The notes under the pieces are model-generated. The model saw nothing but the letters and a program-made list of their open reading frames with translations, did not search any database and was not told the origin of the DNA. From Alphaproteobacteria bacterium (lineage in GTDB: Bacteria > Pseudomonadota > Alphaproteobacteria > UBA6615): a DNA stretch of 64,000 nucleotides. Location: positions 195,937 through 259,936 of the forward strand of contig CBDHDN010000029.1 in NCBI GenBank assembly GCA_965261585.1, read 5' to 3'. How positions within the stretch are numbered: position 1 is the stretch's first letter; each line of letters opens with the position of its first letter. Positions 57,952 through 64,000 of the stretch are shown one piece after another. Both the position numbers and the translations under genes were made by a program.

Positions 57952-59169
57952 TCATGTGCGCTGGCCCCGGCTTGGCGGCGCGCGCGGTGCGTGGTCTCGC
58001 CATGCGTGGCCGGGCTCGAAGGTCTCGATGATGATCATGCGTCCGCCGCAGCTGGAGCAGGGCTGCGTGAGCGTTTGCTCCTGGTCATGGTCATGGTCAT
58101 CGGCGCTCGGGTCGGGCTGGTCTTGGTGCGTCTCGACGGCGAGCAGCTGGCGTGCGCGCGCGAGGTTCTCGACGCGAGCGCCGTTGGCGAAGAGGCCTTA
58201 GTGGCGGATGCGGTGAAAGCCGTGGGGCAGCACGTGGAGGAGGAAGCGGCGGATGAACTCCGGCGTTGCGAGGGTCATGACCTTGTAGCGGTCGCGGCCT
58301 TTTGCACGGTAATCCTTCCAGGTGAAGGTGACGCCGTGGTCGTCGAAGCGGATCAGGCGGCTGTTGGCGATGGCGACGCGGTGGGTGTAGCGGCTGAGAT
58401 AGGCGAGCACCGCTTCAGGCCCGGCGAAGGGCCGCTTGGCGTAGACCACCCATTCAAGCTTGCGTAAGGGGCGCAAAAGCGCGCGAAGACCGGCGCCTCG
58501 ACGAGCTGGCGGTGATCGCCGAAGAAGCGCAGGCGGCCGGTCGCATGGGCGGCCACGAGCTTGTCGAGGACGAGGCGGCGGAACAGCCGCGAGAGCACGC
58601 GCACCGGCAGGAAGAAGCCGGGCCGGCAGGATAGCCAACGCTGGCCGTCGAGCGAGATGCCGCCGCCCGGCACGATGCAGTGGGCATGCGGGTGATGGGT
58701 CAGCGCCGAACCCCATGTATGGAGCACGGCGGTGAGGCCGATGCGGGCGCCAAGGTGCTTGGGGTCGGCGGCGATGGTGATCAGGGTCTCGGCGGCGGCG
58801 CTGAACAGGATGGCGTAGAGCACGGCCTTGTTGTGATAGGCGATATCGCTGATCGGCGCCGGCAGGGTGAAGACGACGTGAGTAATAGGCCACCGGCAAG
58901 AGCTCGGCCTGGCGCGCGGCGAGCCAGGCCTTGGCCGCCGCGCCCTGACACTTGGGGCAATGCCGGTTGCGGCAGGAGTTGTAGGCGATCTGGGTGTGAG
59001 CGCAGTCGGCGCAGCGCGCGACGTGACCGCCGAGCGCCGCCGTGCGGCAGTGCTCGATGGCCGACATGACCTTGAGCTGGCCGAGGCTCACGTGACCGGC
59101 GTTGGCGCGCCGCCAAGCAGCGCCGTGGGCGCGGAAAATATCCGCGACCTCCAAACTCTCCCGAGGCAT
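57952..59169 (-). pseudogene. IS91-family (HUH/Y2) transposase, decayed
   Basis: N-terminal zinc-binding region (CRNRHCPKCQG). Frameshifts near 58878 and near 58475. There is an in-frame TAA replacing Tyr in RIRH*GLFANG at 58198-58200. The C-terminal CSSCGGRMIIIETF is still recognisable. Confidence 0.8.
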
Positions 59170-59181
59170 GCCGCCGCCGGA

Positions 59182-60066
59182 TCAGGCCGGCGGCGGCAGT
59201 CCCGGACGCAGATGCTCCAGTGGGCTCTTGACCGCCCGCAGTATGCTGCTGGCAACCTGGCTATAGCGGGCGGTTGTATCCAACTTCTTGTGGCCCAGCA
59301 GCACCTGGATCACGCGGATATCGACCTTTTGCTCCAGAAGGTGGGTGGCAAAGCAATGCCGCAGCGTGTGCAACGAGACCCGCTTGTCGATCCCGGCCGC
59401 CTCCCTGGCGCCGTGGAAGGCGCGGCGGAGCTGGCGTGTCGTCAGCGGGTTGACCGGGTTCTGACCGGGGAACAGCCAGCCCCCGGGCAGCATCACGCTC
59501 CGGTCCCGTGCGGCCAGCCACCAGGCGCGCAGAAGCTCGAGCAGCGGCGCCGATAGCATGGCGTAGCGGTCCTTGCGGCCCTTGCCCTGCTCGACGCGGA
59601 TGACCATGCGGTTGCTGTCGATGTCCGAGAGCTTGAGTGAGACCACCTCCGAGGCCCGCAGGCCAGCCCCATAGGCGGCGCTGAGCGCCGCCCGGTACTT
59701 GAGGCCCGGGGCCGCATCCAACAGACGCGTAACTTCCTGCGGGCTCAAGATCACCGGCAGCTTGTGCGGCTCGCGAACGGTCGTCATCCACGCCGCCGCC
59801 TCGCGCCGCGCAAGTGTCACCGTGAAGAAAAAGCGCAACGCCGACACGGCCGCGTTCATGCTGGTCGCCGAGGCCCCGCCGGACCGCATGTGCAGCTGAT
59901 AGCGCCGCACATCCTCAGCCCCCGCTTGGTCCGGCGAGCGGCCGAGAAAGGCCGTGAAAACCGTCACCGCGCGGATGTATCCTCGCTGGGTGGCCAGCGT
60001 GAAGCCGCGGACCGTCATGTCCTCGATCATGCGCCGGCGCAACGGGCTGATAGCTCTATCGGTCAT
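59182..60066 (-). CDS. Tyrosine recombinase (phage-integrase family) coupled to the IS91-type transposase
   Basis: 294 aa. Conserved R...HTLRHCFATHLL...LLGH...Y catalytic pattern. Ends 12 nt before the IS91 transposase start. Confidence 0.85.
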   Translation of the reverse strand: MTDRAISPLRRRMIEDMTVRGFTLATQRGYIRAVTVFTAFLGRSPDQAGAEDVRRYQLHMRSGGASATSMNAAVSALRFFFTVTLARREAAAWMTTVREPHKLPVILSPQEVTRLLDAAPGLKYRAALSAAYGAGLRASEVVSLKLSDIDSNRMVIRVEQGKGRKDRYAMLSAPLLELLRAWWLAARDRSVMLPGGWLFPGQNPVNPLTTRQLRRAFHGAREAAGIDKRVSLHTLRHCFATHLLEQKVDIRVIQVLLGHKKLDTTARYSQVASSILRAVKSPLEHLRPGLPPPA

Positions 60067-60068
60067 GG

Positions 60069-60124
60069 GAGCGCTCCTGTCTTGAGGTGAGGTTCAACAC
60101 CCCTGATCCTCAGACAGGACGCTC
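60069..60124. other. Imperfect hairpin overlapping the integrase RBS
   Basis: GAGCGCTCCTGTCTTGAGG (60069-60087) pairs with CCTCAGACAGGACGCTC (60108-60124): 17 bp with two single-base bulges. On the minus strand the AGGAG before the integrase ATG lies inside the distal arm. Confidence 0.6.
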
Positions 60125-60172
60125 CAATACCGTTACCGTGACGGTGCCCGCGCCGCCGCCTACCGCAGCTCC

Positions 60173-60421
60173 CTACCGCGCGAGCGGTTTAGTCCTCTGC
60201 CGCAATTCGGACGTGCTGCCCACCGGCGGGGAAAGTATCGAATCGGCCCAGGCGTCAAGATCGTCCGTCGAGTAGAGCGGCGTCCGGCCGGCAACCCGGA
60301 AGCGCGGCCCGCCGCCGACAACGGCGAGCTTCGCTAAGGTTCCGACCGCGCGGCGGATGCCGTGGGTTTCGAGTAGATAGGTGGCCGCTTCGGATCGGCG
60401 AAGGCGTCGGTTGAGAGCCAT
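60173..60421 (-). CDS. AlpA/excisionase-type helix-turn-helix DNA-binding protein
   Basis: 82 aa. LRRSEAATYL...TLAKLAVVGGGPRFRVAGRTPLYSTDDLDAWA matches the small island-borne DNA-binding protein pattern. Confidence 0.7.
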   Translation of the reverse strand: MALNRRLRRSEAATYLLETHGIRRAVGTLAKLAVVGGGPRFRVAGRTPLYSTDDLDAWADSILSPPVGSTSELRQRTKPLAR

Positions 60422-60523
60422 TCTCGGTCACTCCGTTCAACGCGCCATGTCGGCGCAGAATGACCGGAATTTGAGGCCCCTCTAATCACAAGAATACCCA
60501 CCTCTCCGCTTCTCGGGATACTT

Positions 60524-61147
60524 TCACTTCCGGCGGCGCAGAGGGTCGCCATATTTGAGGGCCATGGCGGACGGACCATCCGAAATCCAAAGTGCCCGGT
60601 CGCCGAACCCAAGCGCGTAATCTTCCAACTCCTTGGGACCAAGGCCACGATTGAACGCGGCCCGCTGCAAAACGTCTGCAACCTTCGCCCGCCGCAGATT
60701 CTTTGCCTTAACAACTAGATTTTGCAGCCGCTTGGCGGATACTGCTTTCAGTTCCGGGAACGCACGTTTGAAATCTTTGTCATTGTATAACGCCCCGCAA
60801 ACGTCGGCCGCCGTAACCTTTCGCGAACGGACGCGCTGATTCCATTTTGCCTTCGTGCGGATGAAATAACGATATAGCCGGCACAAAAGCTCGACCGATT
60901 CCTTGACCGGCGCACCCCTGCTGTGCACGACCTGGAAGCCGCGAACGTGTTTGTGGGCGAGCGCTAGGGCAAGCTGCTGCCACCGGTCCGGATCGTCTTC
61001 GCGGATGCCGAAATGGGCGAACAGGGCCGGCAGTTTTTCCGCCACGGCGCGTTTTATCGTGGCGGCCTCGCGGGCTTTCGTTTGGCTTGTGAGCAGGAAC
61101 ACGTTGCGCGGATTGATCCGCCTTCGCCATTTATGCGGATCGGGCAA
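60524..61147 (-). CDS. Hypothetical protein (island cargo?)
   Basis: 207-aa ORF of plausible composition, with lower GC than its surroundings. No motif recognised. Confidence 0.5.
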   Translation of the reverse strand: MPDPHKWRRRINPRNVFLLTSQTKAREAATIKRAVAEKLPALFAHFGIREDDPDRWQQLALALAHKHVRGFQVVHSRGAPVKESVELLCRLYRYFIRTKAKWNQRVRSRKVTAADVCGALYNDKDFKRAFPELKAVSAKRLQNLVVKAKNLRRAKVADVLQRAAFNRGLGPKELEDYALGFGDRALWISDGPSAMALKYGDPLRRRK

Positions 61148-61196
61148 ACTGATTGGTCGGCGAAGGTCGCCCCGATAGTCTCCGGTCCCGTGTCGC

Positions 61197-61305
61197 CTAG
61201 TGCACCGATCCAGACAAATGATTCACCGTGCGCTGGAGCAACCCGTTGTTTTGTATTCAGAATCAGGTTTCCACTGTGACGGCTCTGACTGAGTCGGTGC
61301 ACTAG
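61197..61305 (+). mobile_element. 109-bp MITE-like repeat, copy 3
   Basis: Identical by eye to copy 1. Lies between the hypothetical gene and the integrase. Confidence 0.8.
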
Positions 61306-61387
61306 CCATGCGCGCCTCCGCTACGGCGCCCGCAAGGTGGCCGGCGGGAAACGCGGTGCGGATTGCCGCGCTTGTCGGGCCGTCGCC

Positions 61388-62560
61388 CTATCCCGCCGAT
61401 TCGGTCCGCTTCAAGCCCGGAATTTCCACGACCTCGGCGCGGGCGCCGTTGATCATGGCGGCCAGTGCCGCACCGGCCCGCTCCGCGGCGCGTTTCGCCG
61501 GGTCGTGAGCGACGTGCGAGTACCTTGCCGTCGTCGCCGGTACGCTGTGCCCCAACAGCTTCCCGATGACGGGCAGCCCTTCGCCAAGCCCCGCAAGCAC
61601 GGCCGCAAAGGAATGCCTCAGGTCGTTCAGACGGAGGTCCGTGAGCCCTGCCTTTGCCCGAAGGCGCTGCCAAGCCTTCTGGATACCAACGAAGTACGCC
61701 CCAGATTTTTGGCCTGCGATGACGAAAGGGTTGCCCTCGACACGTTCGATCCCCGCGAGCACTTGAAGCGCTGGTGCGTTCAGATGAACCACCTTGGGAC
61801 CGGTCTTCGAATCGGTGAGGCGTAGGCAGCCGCGTTCGAAATCGACTTCCGTCCAGCGCAGCTTTTGAACCTCGGACAGGCGAGCGCCGGTCATCAGCAA
61901 TAAGCGGACCAGCGCGATGGCGGGTTTCGGCGCGGTGCCTTCCCACTCGGACTTTGCCAGCACCTGCCACAGCCGGGCCACCTCCTCGCTTGAAAGGTAT
62001 CGCTCGCGCCTTGCCTCCCTCATTGGCTTGACGCCCCGGCACGGGTTGGAGCCGGACGGCCGTAGGTTCCATTCTTCCGACAGGGTGAACAGCTTCGACA
62101 ACAGGGCGCGGACCCGATTAGCCCGAACCGGCGTCGGTCGCTCCGCGCCGTCGTCGGCTCGCTCAACACTCAGGGACGCGTGCAGTCGTTCGATGTCCTG
62201 TTTGGTAACGTCGTGCACCCGGCGCCGCCCGAGCACCGGCAGCACATGCAGGCGCAAATTTCGCTCGTCTTCCTCAGTGCTCCGGGGCTTCTTGTGGCGT
62301 CGCGCCCATTCGGCCAAGTAGCGCTCGGCAAGCTCGGCGACGGTAGCGGCGCCGCGGTCGCTCGCGCGGTCCTCGGCAGGATTGCCGCCGGACTTGACCT
62401 CGGCCAGCAAGGCGAGCGCCCTTGCACGTGCGTCCGCTGGCGTGATCGGCCCATGTTGCCCGATGCTGCACCGGCGGGTCCGCCCAGCCGCCTTGTACTG
62501 CACCAGGTAGCTCCGCCTGGATGTATCCACAGATTGTGGCTCTGGGGGCCGGGGGTTCAA
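61388..62560 (-). pseudogene. P4-type tyrosine integrase, 5'-truncated
   Basis: Arm-binding-type region starts mid-domain (RRSYLVQYKAAGRTRRCSIGQHGPITPADARARA). Catalytic R, HDLRHSFA, LLGH and RYSHV are present. Roughly 30-40 N-terminal residues are missing, and the frame is closed by TGA at 62567-62569 inside the tRNA-like fragment. Confidence 0.75.
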
Positions 62561-62578
62561 GTCCCCTCAGCCACCCCA
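62530..62578 (+). tRNA. 3'-terminal ~49-nt fragment of a tRNA-His(GTG)-like gene (att remnant, not a complete tRNA)
   Basis: Anticodon loop TTGTGGC, a 4-bp remnant of the anticodon stem, T-arm GGGGG-TTCAAGT-CCCCT, acceptor 3' strand CAGCCAC, discriminator C and encoded CCA. The 5' acceptor strand and D-arm are absent. Followed by a T-run. Confidence 0.55.
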
Positions 62579-62741
62579 ACTTTTTGCTGTTATTCAAAGT
62601 TGCTGGCACTTCCGGAAGCAGGCCCGGGGGCGTGCCGATTCGGGGTAGCAAATTGACGCTTCCATGTTGCGGCGAGTTCAGCGAGGCCATCACGATGGCA
62701 CGTCAGGGTCGCGGGGAGCATGCCTCGCTGGAGGAGTCGGC

Positions 62742-63779
62742 ATGGAAATTGGCGCCTTTATCTTCGCAACCGATTACAGCATCCGGGTGGACGAGCTGGC
62801 CCGGGCGCTGGAGGAGCGCGGCTTCGGGTCGCTGTTCCTGTCCGAGCATACGCACATCCCGGCGAGCCGGCGTACACCGCGGCCGGGCGGCGGTGAGCTG
62901 CCCAAGGAGTACTGGCACACCCACGACCCCTTCGTCGCGCTGTCCTTCGCGGCCGCGGCCACGCGCAAGCTCAAGCTCGGCACCGGCATCTGCCTGGTGC
63001 CCCAGCGCGACCCCATCGTCACGGCGAAGTCCGTGGCCAGCCTCGACATGCTCTCGGGCGGGCGCTTCATCCTGGGCGTGGGCGGCGGCTGGAACGTCGA
63101 GGAGATGGAGAACCACGGCGCCCGCTACCAGACGCGCTTCAAGCTGCTGCGCGAGCGGGTGCTGGCCATGAAGGCGATCTGGACCGAGGACGAGGCCGGT
63201 TTCCACGGCGACCTGGTCGACTTCGACCCCATGTGGGCCTACCCGAAGCCGGTCCAGAAGCCGCACCCGCCGGTCATCCTGGGCGGCGAGACCGACCACA
63301 CCCTGGCCCGCGTGGTCGAATTCTGCGACGGCTGGCTGCCGCGCGCCGGCGACGCTTTCGATCCGTTCGAGGCCATGGCGCGGCTGCGCCGGGCGGCGGA
63401 GGCGGCCGGGCGCGACATGTCCACGCTCTCGATGACCGTGTTCCGGGCGCCGCCGGAGGCGGCCACCCTCAAGACCTACGCCGAAGCCGGCGTGACGCGG
63501 GCCCTGCTGGCGCTGCCGCCGGCCGACCACGACACGGTGCTCGGCCTGCTGGACGACTACGCGCGCCTGCTCGGCAGAGCGGAGCGGGTGCGCCGCTCGA
63601 GCGCCGATGACCAGAATCGGGCCGTTTGTCCTCCCTCAGCTTCGGTCGGATCACCGCGGCGCCGCTGCCCGCTGCCGCCGAGCCCGGGCCAACTGGGTCA
63701 ACCCCCAGGCGATCACGGTCAGCCCAAGTGTGCCAAGGACGATGGAGTAGCCCCAGAAGAGGGGCGGGTAGTCGGCGAT
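62742..63779 (+). CDS. Luciferase-like monooxygenase family oxidoreductase (F420-dependent-type), 3' end uncertain
   Basis: MEIGAFIFATDY...LFLSEHTHIP...GRFILGVGGGWNVEEMENHG pattern. ATG at 62742 behind GGAGGAG. The ORF has no stop before the IS256 end at 63780 and is longer than expected. Confidence 0.7.
63651..63779 (-). pseudogene. C-terminal fragment of a membrane protein, cut by IS256
   Basis: The minus strand reads ...IADYPPLFWGYSIVLGTLGLTVIAWGLTQLARARRQRAAAPR-stop (TGA at 63651-63653). There is no upstream part because of the IS256 end. Confidence 0.35.
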
Positions 63780-64000
63780 GAGCTATTGTCAAAAGTTGTG
63801 TATGGGTTTGTCATGCGGCGGCGCGATCCTGGCGTTCTCCATTCACGAATTTGACGCCTCGAATGATCTCGGCGAACTGATCTGATCCATTGAGCCTCCG
63901 CCATTTCTTGCTGGCCCCCTGGCAAAGCTTGAAGACCATGGCCATCGCCGTCTTGCGTGACAGGCAACCCTTGGTCCGATAGGTGCGAAGGCGAACCGTG
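63780..64000 (-). mobile_element. IS256-family IS, second copy (runs off the window)
   Basis: 63780-64000 is identical by eye to 29825-30045, including the terminal GAGCTATTGTCAAAAG and the transposase 3' end (stop expected at 63811). Confidence 0.9.

Noticed and set aside
62604-62620. TGGCAC...GCA sigma-54-like sequence upstream of the luciferase-like oxidoreductase
   Set aside because: The GG-to-GC spacing is 11 rather than 10 nt, so the -12 element is out of register.
62530-62700. Interpretation of the tRNA-like fragment as the acceptor piece of an alphaproteobacterial two-piece tmRNA
   Set aside because: The anticodon-loop-like TTGTGGC fits tRNA-His. The downstream sequence shows no tag reading frame of the ANDN... 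type (GCA AAT is followed by TGA) and no 5' acceptor strand.

Overview
GC-rich chromosomal segment of alphaproteobacterial type. Blocks of conserved housekeeping genes are interleaved with a very heavy load of mobile DNA. The housekeeping genes are a class I/II aminotransferase, glnB-glnA behind a sigma-54 promoter, parE, a DEAD-box helicase, galE, rpoH, a valine-catabolism trio ending in mmsB, a metY-like gene, hemB, a shikimate-dehydrogenase-like gene and a sugar ABC transporter operon. The mobile DNA comprises: four same-orientation copies of one 1414-bp IS3/IS481-type element (three flanked by 14-bp direct repeats, one carrying a 1919-bp group II intron); two kinds of IS21, one nested in the other; IS256 (one copy nested in an IS5-like element, one fragment, one at the window end); one classical IS3-family element; remnants of IS1380-, IS66-, IS5-, IS630- and IS91-type elements; a 109-bp CTAG-bounded MITE-like repeat (three copies plus a solo end); and the decayed remains of a P4-like integrative island ending at a tRNA-His 3' fragment. 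Summing my own coordinates gives about 22-23 kb, roughly one third of the window, as IS, intron or island DNA. At least ten host genes are interrupted, truncated or frameshifted. The observations most worth a second look are: (1) the MITE-like family and its similarity to the IS5-like termini; (2) a 52-bp-stem hairpin built from inverted octamer arrays upstream of glnB; (3) the 14-bp duplications and 5'-end antisense insertion pattern of the four-copy IS; (4) the intron with three unoccupied homing sites in the same window; (5) a tandem pair of HNH nucleases with different N-terminal domains plus an unassigned upstream ORF in an IS-framed islet; (6) a lower-GC membrane-protein islet; (7) an orphan 207-aa gene between integrase and AlpA of the island remnant. 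No CRISPR array, rRNA or complete tRNA was seen. All family assignments rest on motif recognition by eye, with no database search.
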